From: Bdellovibrionota bacterium
Lineage (GTDB): Bacteria; Bdellovibrionota_C; UBA2361; JBIKWN01
NCBI GenBank assembly: GCA_044356295.1
Contig: JBIKWN010000003.1
Span: 32,001 to 96,000 of the forward strand
Length of the DNA: 64,000 nt
Direction of reading: 5' to 3'
Shown: positions 11,543 to 22,155 of the stretch, piece after piece
Position numbering within the stretch: position 1 is the first letter of the stretch
Layout of the letters: the number at the start of each line of letters is the position of its first letter
Program-made: the position numbers and the translations under genes
The notes under the pieces: generated by a model
Databases searched by the model: none
Told to the model about the DNA's origin: nothing
What the model saw: only the letters and a program-made list of their open reading frames with translations

Positions 11543-11767
11543 TTCCAAAACTCTCACCGTTTTTTGCGATTTTTTCGCGAATTATTTTACGCAAGAAACG
11601 AATGGAAATGACCTACCGGCTCCTTTAGAACGCGAACAGAACAGAAGCTGGGGGTATCCACTAACCGGTGGAGAAACATACGAGATTGTTCGTTAAGCTA
11701 TTTTTGAGAGAGTTTTTTAAGCGACGTCGGCTCATGTTTCTCTGCAGTTTGTTATGGAGATTACATA
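11543..11767 (+). promoter_or_regulatory. Long structured 5' leader of metK (candidate cis-regulatory RNA)
   Basis: Several complementary segments (11547-55/11708-16, 11558-68/11590-600, 11632-39/11686-93, 11671-84/11731-42). No match to the SAM-I core by eye. Confidence 0.4.
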
Positions 11768-12943
11768 ATGGAATCGCACGACTTTATTTTTACCTCTGAA
11801 TCTGTTTCAGAAGGGCACCCTGATAAAATTTGTGACCAATTAAGTGATGCAGTTCTTGATGCACATTTAAAAGGTGACGCAAAAAGCCGAGTAGCTTGTG
11901 AAGCACTTGTTAAGAATTCTACTGTTATTCTTGCAGGAGAAATTACTTCAAACGCAAAAGTGAACTACGAAGATATCGCTCGCGCGGTAATTCGTGAAAT
12001 TGGGTATACAGATCCTGCTCTAGGTTTTGATGCTGATTCTGCATCAATCCTTACTTTCATAAGCCATCAGTCCCAAGACATTAGTCAAGGTGTTACTGAA
12101 GGTGAAGGTGAATTTAAAGAGCAAGGCGCTGGTGACCAAGGCTTAATGTTTGGATTTGCTTGCAACGAAACTCCTGAATTAATGCCACTTCCAGTTGCAT
12201 TATCGCACAGACTCTTAAAGAAACTCTCTGACATTCGTCGCAGTGACAAGAATACAACGCTTCGTCCAGATGCAAAGTCACAAGTTTCTGTTGAATATAA
12301 AAACGGTATACCTTCAAGAATTGATACTATCGTTCTTTCAACTCAACACACTGAGGCTGCAACGCTGAAACAACTTCATGACTTAATCGTCGATCAAGTT
12401 GTTCCAGAAGTTATCCCAACAAATCTTCTTGATAAAAATACAAAGTACCTTGTTAATCCAACAGGTCGTTTTGTAATCGGAGGTCCAGTTGGTGACTGTG
12501 GTCTTACTGGACGTAAAATCATTGTAGATACTTACGGTGGATATGCTCGTCACGGAGGTGGTGCATTCTCTGGTAAGGATCCTACAAAGGTTGATCGTTC
12601 TGCTGCATACGCTGCAAGATATATTGCAAAAAATATCGTTGCTGCTGGTCTTGCGACTAAGTGCGAAGTTCAAGTTGCTTATGCAATTGGTGTTGCTAAG
12701 CCAGTATCTATCTATGTAAACACATACGGTACAAGTTCGTTTACAGGAGATAAGATATCGGCGGCCGTTGCAGAAGTTTTTGATTTAACTCCTCGTGGAA
12801 TTATCGAGAGCTTAAATCTGCTTCGACCAATCTATCAACCAACTGCTAGTTATGGTCACTTTGGTCGTGATGCGACTAATAGTGGACAGTTTAGCTGGGA
12901 GAGAACTGATAAAGTTGAAGCGCTTAAAAGTGCGATTAAATAA
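11768..12943 (+). CDS. metK: S-adenosylmethionine synthetase
   Basis: [46 protein letters not shown]. Confidence 0.99.
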   Translation: MESHDFIFTSESVSEGHPDKICDQLSDAVLDAHLKGDAKSRVACEALVKNSTVILAGEITSNAKVNYEDIARAVIREIGYTDPALGFDADSASILTFISHQSQDISQGVTEGEGEFKEQGAGDQGLMFGFACNETPELMPLPVALSHRLLKKLSDIRRSDKNTTLRPDAKSQVSVEYKNGIPSRIDTIVLSTQHTEAATLKQLHDLIVDQVVPEVIPTNLLDKNTKYLVNPTGRFVIGGPVGDCGLTGRKIIVDTYGGYARHGGGAFSGKDPTKVDRSAAYAARYIAKNIVAAGLATKCEVQVAYAIGVAKPVSIYVNTYGTSSFTGDKISAAVAEVFDLTPRGIIESLNLLRPIYQPTASYGHFGRDATNSGQFSWERTDKVEALKSAIK

Positions 12944-12968
12944 GTAAATAAGATTACTTATTTACCAT

Positions 12969-12999
12969 AAAGGGCATCCAGTAATGGGTGCCCTTTTTT
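12969..12999. terminator. Bidirectional rho-independent terminator after metK
   Basis: AAAGGGCATCCA-gtaa-TGGGTGCCCTTT followed by a T-tract, between convergent genes. Confidence 0.85.
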
Positions 13000-13003
13000 A
13001 TTT

Positions 13004-13375
13004 TCAAGGATTGATTAATAGTTTTGCATACTCATTACTCGAGTCTTCTAGGCAAACATTAAGACTCCAAATTGACTGATCTTTAGCATCATAGACAAGG
13101 GCTGCATCAAACGGGAGCTCTTCCGAAAGAACTTCGACAATAGAAGCATCTTCTATCATCTTTAATAGATCGTCTGCGGGTGCATCAATCAAGTTTCGAG
13201 TAGAAAAAAAGAACGTAACATTTTTACAGTCGTCCTCAATCCAAACCTCGGCTAGATAGGGGCGACTATCTGGCAAGATTCCTTCAAGTGAATATAGAAC
13301 AATAGTATTGGGAGGATTTGGAAGAGTCGATCCTTTCCAATCTGGTTTTTCGTATTCAAAAGAGAAAGAACTCAC
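13004..13375 (-). CDS. Hypothetical acidic protein
   Basis: 123-aa ORF, GTG start, co-oriented with the upstream lipoprotein. Confidence 0.65.
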   Translation of the reverse strand: MSSFSFEYEKPDWKGSTLPNPPNTIVLYSLEGILPDSRPYLAEVWIEDDCKNVTFFFSTRNLIDAPADDLLKMIEDASIVEVLSEELPFDAALVYDAKDQSIWSLNVCLEDSSNEYAKLLINP

Positions 13376-13399
13376 AGCAGTGACGAAATAAATCTGAAA

Positions 13400-13822
13400 T
13401 TAACGCCAAGAATTCCCAAGCTTAGGACCAATATATAAATACTCAGCCAAATCTGGATCTGGATTTCCTCGTGGGCGCTCCATTAAAGCTTCATAACGAA
13501 GTCGATTAATCGTAGCTTGATTGTCATATATTGTTTCGTAGTTATCTTCGATCGCAGAATTATTTGAAGAGATAATGTAATACTTAGCTGTTGTATCAGA
13601 GATATATGCTGCTGCAATTCCAACTGGTATACCAATTAATGCACCGTAACCAATCCCCTGTACATTTGATATTGAAGAAGAGTTGCGTGCAACGATAGCC
13701 CCAACACCTGCACCAGCTGCTGCTCCGCCCAAAGAGCCATAACCAACTGGGTGGTTTGTTGTACAACCAGCAGAAACCGCCAATAGAAGTAGTGAAGAGA
13801 TTTTTAAAGTAAGTTTTTTCAT
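13400..13822 (-). CDS. Glycine-zipper lipoprotein
   Basis: Lipobox SAGC; GSLGGAAAGAGVGAIV...GYGALIGIPVGIAAAY glycine zipper. Confidence 0.8.
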   Translation of the reverse strand: MKKLTLKISSLLLLAVSAGCTTNHPVGYGSLGGAAAGAGVGAIVARNSSSISNVQGIGYGALIGIPVGIAAAYISDTTAKYYIISSNNSAIEDNYETIYDNQATINRLRYEALMERPRGNPDPDLAEYLYIGPKLGNSWR

Positions 13823-14001
13823 AACGATACCTCTAGTTATACGAGTAAACTCAAGCTAATCAACTATAATCGACTCGGGCGGCTATTTTGGTTCACTCTT
13901 ATAAAATTAGTAATTTCAGGTAGTTACGCTAATCTTTCTTTAGATTGTGTGTAAATATTAGACTCATTACTATGTTTTCTCTCTTTCTTTATGGGTAACT
14001 C

Positions 14002-14418
14002 ATGTCAAATTCATCACCTCTTTATTCATCTATTTTAAAAAATGCAAAGACTATTGCTGTCGTTGGTTTATCTGATAAGTCCGATCGCTCAAGTTATGGT
14101 GTGACCGAGTATATGCAAAAATACTTTGAGATAATCCCTATAAATCCAATGTTAAAAGAATGGAATGGATTAAAATCTTACTCTTCTCTTTTAGAAATTC
14201 CGAAAGAAAAAAAAGTTGATATTGTAAATGTATTTAGGAAAGCAGAAGACTGCCCTGCTGTAACAAGGGATGCCGTTACCATTGGGGCAAACAGTATCTG
14301 GCTTCAGCAGGGAATTATTAGTGAAGAATCAGAAGATATTGCGCGTCACGCACACATCCCATTTGTAATGGATGCATGTATTGCAGTTCTACATTCACAA
14401 TTGTTACGCAATCTGTGA
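14002..14418 (+). CDS. CoA-binding protein (YccU family)
   Basis: TIAVVGLSDKSDRSSY, IIPINP, VDIVNVFR, IWLQQG, VMDAC. Confidence 0.92.
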   Translation: MSNSSPLYSSILKNAKTIAVVGLSDKSDRSSYGVTEYMQKYFEIIPINPMLKEWNGLKSYSSLLEIPKEKKVDIVNVFRKAEDCPAVTRDAVTIGANSIWLQQGIISEESEDIARHAHIPFVMDACIAVLHSQLLRNL

Positions 14419-15711
14419 TAACTTTTCCATTAATCTTTCGTGAAGTTCATCTTTAATAAGATCATCTTTTAATGTTGAGATGATCTCACCGGCAAATGCT
14501 TGAACAAGCATCATCTTGGCTTCTTTTTTTCCAACACCTCGTGACTGAATATAAAAAAGAGCATCATCATCAAGCTGACCAATGGTTGCGCCGTGTGTAC
14601 ATTTTACATCATCAGCCCAAATTTTTAGTTGCGGCTTTGTATTTACTTGAGCTTCGTTAGATAAAAGTATCGATCGATTCGATTGAATTGCGTTAGTTTT
14701 TTGCGCGTCTTCTCGAACAATAATTGTTCCAGAAAAAACTCCTTGTGATTTACCACCATAAATACCCTTATAGAGCTCTAGGCTTTCACAGTGAGGTTTA
14801 GCATGATCAAGTAGCGTTGTATTATCAACGTGTTGATTTCCATCAAGCACTGACAAACCATTCATCGTCACATTAGCATTGCTGCCGTTCATAACAATAT
14901 TTACATGATTTCGGACAAGTTTTCCTCCGAACGAGAACGTATGAGTTCGAAAAGTAGAATCATTTTCAACATGAGCTTCAATCATTGAAACGTGAAATGC
15001 TTCTGTAGACTCATCTTGAATACGCACATGGTAAACATGCGCATTTGATGCGACTTTGCACTCAAGTACCGAATTAGAAAGATAAGAAACCCCTGTCTCT
15101 GCTTGAAAACGCTCTACGATATTAATAGAAGCACCTGTCTCAGCAACACAAAGAATTCTTGGATGAAGTGCAGCGCCAGCCGCAGCTTTTGTCGTCTGAA
15201 AAATAATCTCAATTGGTTTTACATTTGAAGCATTTTTAGCTGCAAATATAACAAGTCCATCAGAGAGAAAAGCCGTATTGATAGACGAAAAACTTTCGTC
15301 TTGTCTGGCAATAGTGCCAAAGTTCGATGCCCAGACAGCGTGAAGTGGATGGTCAGTTTTTTGAACTTCTGAAAGTTGTACAATCTGAATTAATTCTTCG
15401 ATTTTTTCAGATGACTTCTCTACCAATGCACCATCAACAAAAAGAAAGCGGTGGCTATCTACGTTAGAACGAACTGGCAAAGCTTTTGCAGTATTCTTCG
15501 TTTTAGTAAGAGCAAAAAATTTTCCATCAAGGATTGCTTTTGGATCGGTATATTTCCAATCTTCCAAAGCAACAGTAGGAAATCCATTTTTTGCGTATTG
15601 CTCTAGAGCATCTTTTCTTTTTTGGTGAAGCGGAAGTTTTGCACCACCATTTAAGCTCTTCTCGAACTGAGCAAAACTTTCAGTAATCCAGTCTTTGTTT
15701 TCTTCTAGCAT
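14404..15711 (-). CDS. sufD: Fe-S cluster assembly protein SufD
   Basis: EDWKYT, DAQKTNAIQSN, KPQLKIWADDVKCTHGATIG, FYIQSRG. Confidence 0.96.
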   Translation of the reverse strand: MLEENKDWITESFAQFEKSLNGGAKLPLHQKRKDALEQYAKNGFPTVALEDWKYTDPKAILDGKFFALTKTKNTAKALPVRSNVDSHRFLFVDGALVEKSSEKIEELIQIVQLSEVQKTDHPLHAVWASNFGTIARQDESFSSINTAFLSDGLVIFAAKNASNVKPIEIIFQTTKAAAGAALHPRILCVAETGASINIVERFQAETGVSYLSNSVLECKVASNAHVYHVRIQDESTEAFHVSMIEAHVENDSTFRTHTFSFGGKLVRNHVNIVMNGSNANVTMNGLSVLDGNQHVDNTTLLDHAKPHCESLELYKGIYGGKSQGVFSGTIIVREDAQKTNAIQSNRSILLSNEAQVNTKPQLKIWADDVKCTHGATIGQLDDDALFYIQSRGVGKKEAKMMLVQAFAGEIISTLKDDLIKDELHERLMEKLSQIA

Positions 15712-15717
15712 AAAAAA

Positions 15718-16500
15718 TTAAGCACGAAGCTCCTCTTTAACCCAGTTATAACCTTTTGATTCAAGTTCAAGTGCCAACTCTTTTGGACCAGACTTAATAA
15801 TTTTGCCGTCAATCATAATATGAACAACATCAGGGGTAATGTAATCAAGAAGTCGTTGATAGTGTGTTATGACAACAAAGGAACGCTCTGGTTTTTCAGC
15901 TTTAAGTTTATTAACCCCTCTTGCAACAATTTGAAGAGCATCAATATCAAGCCCAGAATCTGTCTCATCTAAGATAGCAATAGTTGGTTCAAGACATGCC
16001 ATTTGAAATATTTCATTTCGCTTTTTCTCGCCACCAGAGAAGCCTTCATTGACTGAACGCTTTACAAGCGCTTCATCGATTTCAACAAAAGCAGCTTTCT
16101 CTTTAATCATTGCATTAAAATCACGAACTGAAAGTTCTGGTTGTTGACGGTGTGCTCTTGTTGCATTCACTGCAGTGCGGAGGAAATACGTCGTGTTGAC
16201 TCCTGGAAGTTCAACTGGATATTGAAACGCCATAAAAAGCCCTTCTCGTGCGCGCTCTTCTGGATCCATCTCTAAAAGATCTTTTTCACTAAAGGTGATC
16301 GATCCCTTAGTTACTTCGTATCCTTTTTTACCACCTAAAATATTAGCAAGGGTGCTCTTTCCAGATCCATTGACACCCATTATAGCGTGAACTTCACCTT
16401 TTTTAACGGTTAAGTTTAGACCTTTTAAGATCTCTTTACTGCCATCTTCAATTTTTGCATGAAGGTCATTTACTTCAAGAATTACATCTTTCGTTGTCAT
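15718..16500 (-). CDS. sufC: Fe-S cluster assembly ATPase SufC
   Basis: GVNGSGKST, FQYPVE, VNEGFSGGEKKRNE, LDETDSGLDID, ITHYQRLL. Confidence 0.98.
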   Translation of the reverse strand: MTTKDVILEVNDLHAKIEDGSKEILKGLNLTVKKGEVHAIMGVNGSGKSTLANILGGKKGYEVTKGSITFSEKDLLEMDPEERAREGLFMAFQYPVELPGVNTTYFLRTAVNATRAHRQQPELSVRDFNAMIKEKAAFVEIDEALVKRSVNEGFSGGEKKRNEIFQMACLEPTIAILDETDSGLDIDALQIVARGVNKLKAEKPERSFVVITHYQRLLDYITPDVVHIMIDGKIIKSGPKELALELESKGYNWVKEELRA

Positions 16501-16538
16501 CTGTTTTATTCTCTCTTTTAGATATATTTTTAAATTTA

Positions 16539-17978
16539 TTAACCAACACTTCCTTCAAGGCTTACTTGAAGTAGTTGTCTTGCCTCTATAGCGAACTCAA
16601 TCGGAAGTTCTTTAAAAACTTCCTTACAAAAACCGTGTACAATCATTGACACAGCATCCTCAGTCGCAATCCCTCTTTGATTACAGTAGAAGATCTGATC
16701 TTCACCAATCTTTGAAGTAGAAGCTTCGTGTTCAACTTTCGCAGTTGGATTTTTTACTTCAATATAAGGAAAGGTGTGTGCGCCACATCTATCACCCATT
16801 AACATTGAATCACACTGAGAAAAGTTTCTTGCATTCTCTGCACTTTTCATCATTTTGACTAAACCACGGTATGTATTTTGACCTTGTGCTGCAGAGATTC
16901 CCTTTGAAACAATCGTACTCTTCGTGTTTTTACCGATATGAATCATTTTTGTTCCAGTATCAGCTTGTTGTTTTTTATTAGTAACGGCTACTGAATAAAA
17001 TTCACCAACTGAATTATCACCCTTAAGAATCACACTTGGATATTTCCAAGTAATTGCCGAACCGGTTTCAACCTGAGTCCAAGAGATTTTAGCATTATCA
17101 TGCGTAATTCCTCGTTTGGTTACGAAATTATAGATTCCACCTTTACCGTCTTTATCACCAGGATACCAATTCTGAATTGTAGAATACTTTATGTGAGCTC
17201 CTGGAAGTGCAACAAGTTCAACAACTGCAGCGTGAAGTTGATTTTCATCACGCATTGGAGCAGTGCACCCTTCCATATAACTAACACTCGATCCTTCATC
17301 AGCAATGATAAGAGTTCGCTCGAATTGTCCGGTATTTTTTTCATTAATTCTAAAATACGTCGAAAGATCCAATGGGCATTTAACACCCTTAGGAATATAG
17401 ACAAACGATCCGTCTGAAAAAACTGCTGAATTAAGCGCTGCAAAATAGTTGTCGGTATAAGGAACAACCGATCCTAAATATTTCTCAATTATTTCTGGAT
17501 GATTTTTTGCAGCTTCTGAAAAACTACAAAAGATGATTCCTTCTTTTTCTAATTGTTTTTTATAGGTAGTAACAATCGAAACAGAATCAAAAACAACATC
17601 AACAGCAACTCCGGCTAAAATTTTCTGCTCGTGAAGTGGAATACCAAGTTTTTCATACGTTTTAATTAATTCTGGATCAGCATCTTCTAGGCTATTTAAA
17701 ATTTGTTTCTTGGGCGCACTAAAATATGAGATAGACTGATAATCAATTGGAGGATAATTAATAAAAGCCCAAGTCGGCTCTTTCATCTTTAACCAACGTT
17801 GATAAGCTTTTAAACGCCACTCGAGTAGGAATGCGGGCTCTTCTTTTTTTGCAGAAATTGCACGTATGACATCTTCATTGAGGCCAGGAGGGAAGGTGTC
17901 TGTCTCAATTTGTGTAGTAAATCCGTACTTGTATTCCTGATTTGTAAAATCTTCTAGCAACTGGGTATCAGAACTCAT
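16539..17978 (-). CDS. sufB: Fe-S cluster assembly protein SufB
   Basis: [46 protein letters not shown]. Confidence 0.99.
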   Translation of the reverse strand: MSSDTQLLEDFTNQEYKYGFTTQIETDTFPPGLNEDVIRAISAKKEEPAFLLEWRLKAYQRWLKMKEPTWAFINYPPIDYQSISYFSAPKKQILNSLEDADPELIKTYEKLGIPLHEQKILAGVAVDVVFDSVSIVTTYKKQLEKEGIIFCSFSEAAKNHPEIIEKYLGSVVPYTDNYFAALNSAVFSDGSFVYIPKGVKCPLDLSTYFRINEKNTGQFERTLIIADEGSSVSYMEGCTAPMRDENQLHAAVVELVALPGAHIKYSTIQNWYPGDKDGKGGIYNFVTKRGITHDNAKISWTQVETGSAITWKYPSVILKGDNSVGEFYSVAVTNKKQQADTGTKMIHIGKNTKSTIVSKGISAAQGQNTYRGLVKMMKSAENARNFSQCDSMLMGDRCGAHTFPYIEVKNPTAKVEHEASTSKIGEDQIFYCNQRGIATEDAVSMIVHGFCKEVFKELPIEFAIEARQLLQVSLEGSVG

Positions 17979-18010
17979 ATTTTCTTCTATAATATAGGTG
18001 GAGAGATAAA

Positions 18011-18029
18011 CTAGAGTCTTTTATTCTAG
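18011..18029. promoter_or_regulatory. Imperfect palindrome, putative Rrf2 operator between sufB and the regulator
   Basis: CTAGAGT-ctttt-ATTCTAG (7-5-7, one mismatch) in the divergent intergenic region. Confidence 0.45.
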
Positions 18030-18095
18030 AATAGATCAGGTTGTTACTCCAAGGGGTCGGCAGTAAATTTACAAGAATTTTTGAGGAAAAAATCG

Positions 18096-18578
18096 ATGAG
18101 AATCACTCAGTGGGGAGAATATGCTACACACTTCTGTATTTATTTCGCCCGTCATAACTCAAGTATTCACTCTACTAATCGAACAAGTATAACAGCTACC
18201 GAGATTGCTAAAGAGCATAATATCGATCAACTTTATGCTCAGCAGATCTTGCAAAGACTTCGTAAGGGAAATCTTATTAACAGTATTCGTGGTGCACAGG
18301 GTGGATATCAACTCTCTCGAGACCCTTCTGAGATCTCTTTGAAAGATATTCTCTCTGCCGCGGAAGGTGAAACGTTTGAAATGATCTGCGATTCAAAACC
18401 TATTAGTGAAACAAAATGTGCTCCCACAGGTCTTTGCTCACTTCGCGGTGTTTGGAGGGAATTGAAAACAGAGATTGATGACTTTCTAGAGACGAAACTT
18501 TTGTCTGAACTTGCTATAAAACTTCCAGCTCAGAAAGAGGAGCTTATGCAGATTGGAAGAAAAAGCATGGCTCAATAG
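18096..18578 (+). CDS. Rrf2-family (IscR-like) transcriptional regulator
   Basis: MRITQWGEYA, SIRGAQGGYQL wing, three Cys (CDSKPISETKCAPTGLC); divergent from sufB. Confidence 0.92.
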   Translation: MRITQWGEYATHFCIYFARHNSSIHSTNRTSITATEIAKEHNIDQLYAQQILQRLRKGNLINSIRGAQGGYQLSRDPSEISLKDILSAAEGETFEMICDSKPISETKCAPTGLCSLRGVWRELKTEIDDFLETKLLSELAIKLPAQKEELMQIGRKSMAQ

Positions 18579-19309
18579 AGCAGAAACTCAAATAACTTTA
18601 AATGATCTCGTTTATTGAGTTTATTTTCAGTCCACATTGTTTCAGGGTGCCATTGTACTGCAAGTAGATTGCTATAGTTTTTACTTTCAATTGCTTCAAT
18701 TATTTTATCTTTTTCAGAAACCCCAGTTACGACTAAATCTTTTCCTAAGTCTTTAATAGATTGATGGTGAATTGAATTTACTTGAATGCTATTTGTTTGA
18801 AATATTTTCTTAACCAAACTCTCGTCATATAAACTCACATCGTGAGCAATCTCAAACCATTTATCTTCTTTTGATGTATGAGAAAAATCAGTAAAAGACC
18901 GATCGCACTGACTATTGATATCTTGATAAAGCGTACCACCAAAAGCTACGTTAATGAGTTGAAGCCCTCTACAGATTCCAAGCACTTTCTTATTTGCCTT
19001 TAAAAAAGCATTCATTAACGCAATTTCAAAATCATCTCTTTTTCTAGAAACGGCTCCAAGCTTTTCGTGTGAGGCTTCTCTGTACAGACTAGGATCAACA
19101 TCCTCACCTCCAGTTACTATGAGCGCATCTAATTTTTCAGCATAGACCGCCGCGTTTTCACTTAATCCATCTTCAAAAAGTGGAATAAGAACAGGAATTC
19201 CACCGACCTTCATAACAGACTGAACATACGCAGACGTTGATCCAATGACTTCAATTGAATAGTCAGAATCTTTTACAACTCGAGTACTTATACCAATCAT
19301 CTTTTTCAT
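18572..19309 (-). CDS. Class I glutamine amidotransferase, peptidase C26 (PuuD-like gamma-glutamyl hydrolase)
   Basis: TGGEDVDP, GICRGLQ, GGTLYQD, VNSIHHQ, AVQWHPE. Start ATG 19309 preferred over TTG 19333. Confidence 0.9.
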   Translation of the reverse strand: MKKMIGISTRVVKDSDYSIEVIGSTSAYVQSVMKVGGIPVLIPLFEDGLSENAAVYAEKLDALIVTGGEDVDPSLYREASHEKLGAVSRKRDDFEIALMNAFLKANKKVLGICRGLQLINVAFGGTLYQDINSQCDRSFTDFSHTSKEDKWFEIAHDVSLYDESLVKKIFQTNSIQVNSIHHQSIKDLGKDLVVTGVSEKDKIIEAIESKNYSNLLAVQWHPETMWTENKLNKRDHLKLFEFLLY

Positions 19310-19319
19310 AACGGGACGC

Positions 19320-20483
19320 TCATAAACCCTCAAAAATTATCTGAATTCCTTCTTCCCAAGGTACGACAAGCACATTTCCAACCTTAATACGTTGAGGAAC
19401 TCGCGAAATGCATAAAGCTGTTGCACCAGGAAATTCAGGCAGAAACTCTTCGAGTGTAGAAACATGTCGCTCATCGATCTCTTCTCTTGATTTAATCTCA
19501 ACCAGGATAGTTGATTGACCAGGACGTTCAATGACAAGATCGATCTCACGGTCATTAGCAAAACGAAGATAGCTAAATGAAAATCTTTTACGAAGATACT
19601 CATTCATTCGAATGATTTCATTAATGATAAAACCTTCAAAAAGCATTCCGTATTCAAATGTGCCAGGAACAGGTTTTTGAAGAATTGTATTCTGAAGTGT
19701 TCGTACTATTCCCAGATCATAAAAGTAAAATTTAGGTGCAGTTCGATGTCGTTTCCTTACCGATGTATGGTAAGGATGCAGATAAAATCCAAGTAACGTA
19801 TCTTCTAGAATTTGATAGTAATTTTTAACCGTGGGTCCAGATACTTTTATATCCTTAGCAATATTTTCATATGAAATGACATCGCCATTTGACTGTGCTG
19901 CAACTTCAAGAAAGCGATTAAAAGGCTCAATGTCTCGAACAGTTTGCTCCTGTAAAATCTCTTCTTTTAAATAGGTGCTTGCATACGAGTAGAGGTACTC
20001 TTCTTTGATCGCATCATCTTGCTCTGTAATAGTTTTTGGTAAGGCTCCCCACTGCAGTACTTTTTCAAGCAAGAAATCTTTATCTATTTCATGGCGTGTC
20101 AGTGGATAGAGGCGGTAGCTAAGAGCCCGACCCGCAAGTAGGTTTGCACCTTTACTTTTAAGTTTTCGAGCACTTGATCCAGTAAGACCAAAAATAACTC
20201 CGTGCTCCTCAATTAATAGATGTACTTCATCAAGAAGTTCAGGAATTTTTTGTACTTCATCAATGACAACTAGAACTTGTTCGCTCGTACGAGCTGCTAC
20301 AATTTCTCTTAATTTCCATGGCTCTTTTGATAATTGAAGGTAGAGCCGACTATCAAGTAGGTTCAGTGTTAAGCAGTGTTCAGGGGCAAAAGATGTGCGT
20401 ATTAAGTGACTTTTTCCAACCCCACGTTGCCCAAAGAGAAAAAAAGACTGATTATTTGGCAATGATAACAGGCGGTTATACAT
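19320..20483 (-). CDS. AAA_14 ATPase with DUF4143 / PD-(D/E)xK-like C-terminus
   Basis: GQRGVGKS, IDEVQK, TGSSARKL, LAGRA, PKFYFYDLG, EIDLV...VEIK. Confidence 0.9.
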   Translation of the reverse strand: MYNRLLSLPNNQSFFLFGQRGVGKSHLIRTSFAPEHCLTLNLLDSRLYLQLSKEPWKLREIVAARTSEQVLVVIDEVQKIPELLDEVHLLIEEHGVIFGLTGSSARKLKSKGANLLAGRALSYRLYPLTRHEIDKDFLLEKVLQWGALPKTITEQDDAIKEEYLYSYASTYLKEEILQEQTVRDIEPFNRFLEVAAQSNGDVISYENIAKDIKVSGPTVKNYYQILEDTLLGFYLHPYHTSVRKRHRTAPKFYFYDLGIVRTLQNTILQKPVPGTFEYGMLFEGFIINEIIRMNEYLRKRFSFSYLRFANDREIDLVIERPGQSTILVEIKSREEIDERHVSTLEEFLPEFPGATALCISRVPQRIKVGNVLVVPWEEGIQIIFEGL

Positions 20484-20507
20484 AGTAAATTTGAATTTTA
20501 GATTTAT

Positions 20508-20542
20508 TATACAATATTAAATTACAAATTTGATATTGTATA
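20508..20542. repeat. 14-bp inverted repeat upstream of the DUF4143 ATPase
   Basis: TATACAATATTAAA-ttacaaa-TTTGATATTGTATA (one mismatch). Confidence 0.6.
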
Positions 20543-20592
20543 TTTATAAATAAAGTTCAATGTTTTCAATTAGTTGCAAAGGTGAGCGTCCC

Positions 20593-21003
20593 CTATTTGG
20601 AGAGGAATTTAACGAGCTGAACCATTCCCATAAGCCCTTGCCCTTTACCCATTGAAATCGTCCTTCCAAAGATATCGTAAACAATATCTTCTTTTACTGT
20701 TTGGATTTCATCGGATGTTTTTCCGCTGAGGTTTTCATCGAGAATAACTGCGAGCGCTTTTGCTGAGATCCCCTGGGGATTTTCGACTGCAAAGTGTAGC
20801 TTAATAGTGTTATCGGAATTTTTTGTTACAAAACAATATGCTTCTGATTCACAGGCTGGGGTTCTATTAGCTTCGTTAAAAGGTCTTGTTGCAACCTCAG
20901 AAGGCACATCGGTGAACTTATCCGCATATTCAATAAGCAGATCAAATCTTAGATCTTGATCATCAATATCTTTTAATTCATTTAAGAAGGTATCTAGAGT
21001 CAT
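20593..21003 (-). CDS. sufE: SufE-family sulfur acceptor protein
   Basis: LLIEYADK, conserved Cys in ACESEAY, GISAKALAVIL, SMGKGQGL. Confidence 0.85.
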   Translation of the reverse strand: MTLDTFLNELKDIDDQDLRFDLLIEYADKFTDVPSEVATRPFNEANRTPACESEAYCFVTKNSDNTIKLHFAVENPQGISAKALAVILDENLSGKTSDEIQTVKEDIVYDIFGRTISMGKGQGLMGMVQLVKFLSK

Positions 21004-21014
21004 AGAAAAAAGTA

Positions 21015-21911
21015 TTACTCACTTTTTTCGACAGGAACACCAACAAGGTTACCCCACTCTGTCCAAGATCCATCGTAGTTACGTACCTTTTGAAATCCTA
21101 AAAGATAACTCAAGACAAACCACGTATGACTGCTTCTTTCACCAATTCTGCAGTATGCAACAACATCATCTGTTTTCTTTAAGCCCATCTCTGAACAGTA
21201 AATAGAGGATAACTCAGAAGCCGTTTTAAAAGTTCCATCTTCTGGATTAATAGCTCGTGCCCAAGGAACACTTTTTGCCCCTGGAATATGCCCACCACGA
21301 AGTGCGCCTTCATTAGGATACCCTTCCATATGTAGTTTCTTTCCTGAAAACTCATCAGGGCTTCTTACGTCTACCAAAGGAAGTTTTTTCTCAACATGCT
21401 TTAGTACGTCATCACGAAAAGCTCTGACAGTTTTATCATCCCTTGATGTAACTGAATAATTTGATGCTGTGAAAGATGGAGTTGTTCTTGTGAGTTCTCT
21501 TTTTTCTTTTTCCCACTTAAGACGTCCACCATCCATAATTTTTGCATTCGTGTGACCAAAAAGTTGAAAGATCCAAAATGCGTAACATGCCCACCAATTA
21601 TTTTTATCACCATAGAACACAACTGTCGTATCTTTTGTAATTCCAAACTTACCGCAAAGATCACTGAATTGTTTTGGATCAAGATAATCTCGGATTGTTT
21701 GATGATTAAGATCTTTGACCCAATCAATTTCTACTGCATTTTCTATATGTCCTGATTTATACAAAAGTTGATCTTCATTTGACTCAACGATTCGAACAGA
21801 TAGATTTGAAATATTTTCTGCAACCCATTCCGTCGTTACAAGAGAATCAGGGAATGAATATCCTTTTGAATGAATTTCATCGAGTGAAGTAAGTTTTAGA
21901 GCTGAAGACAT
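21015..21911 (-). CDS. sseA: Two-domain rhodanese / thiosulfate sulfurtransferase (SseA-like)
   Basis: [29 protein letters not shown], active site [19 protein letters not shown]. Confidence 0.93.
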   Translation of the reverse strand: MSSALKLTSLDEIHSKGYSFPDSLVTTEWVAENISNLSVRIVESNEDQLLYKSGHIENAVEIDWVKDLNHQTIRDYLDPKQFSDLCGKFGITKDTTVVFYGDKNNWWACYAFWIFQLFGHTNAKIMDGGRLKWEKEKRELTRTTPSFTASNYSVTSRDDKTVRAFRDDVLKHVEKKLPLVDVRSPDEFSGKKLHMEGYPNEGALRGGHIPGAKSVPWARAINPEDGTFKTASELSSIYCSEMGLKKTDDVVAYCRIGERSSHTWFVLSYLLGFQKVRNYDGSWTEWGNLVGVPVEKSE

Positions 21912-22155
21912 TGGATAATCTTTAAAAAAATTAAATTTTTATAGTTGAGTAAACTATTATAATTTAGACAGCGTTTTTATGGAAATCTGAAGCATCATTG
22001 GACCTAATTTTTCAAATACGAATAAATCTTAGATTGCTAACTACTTGAATATACAGAGTATTATTTTAGCTTTTAAAGTTCTTTTTTAGTCTACATTCCT
22101 TTTATTTGAGCCATATCCATAGGTAAGAACGACTATAGTTCAAAGGTTAATTATT

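Noticed and set aside
11543..11767. 6S RNA, SAM-I or glycine riboswitch identity for the metK leader
   Set aside because: No SAM-I AUC/kink-turn core, no glycine aptamer core and no 6S-like rod with a central bubble; kept only as an unclassified candidate.
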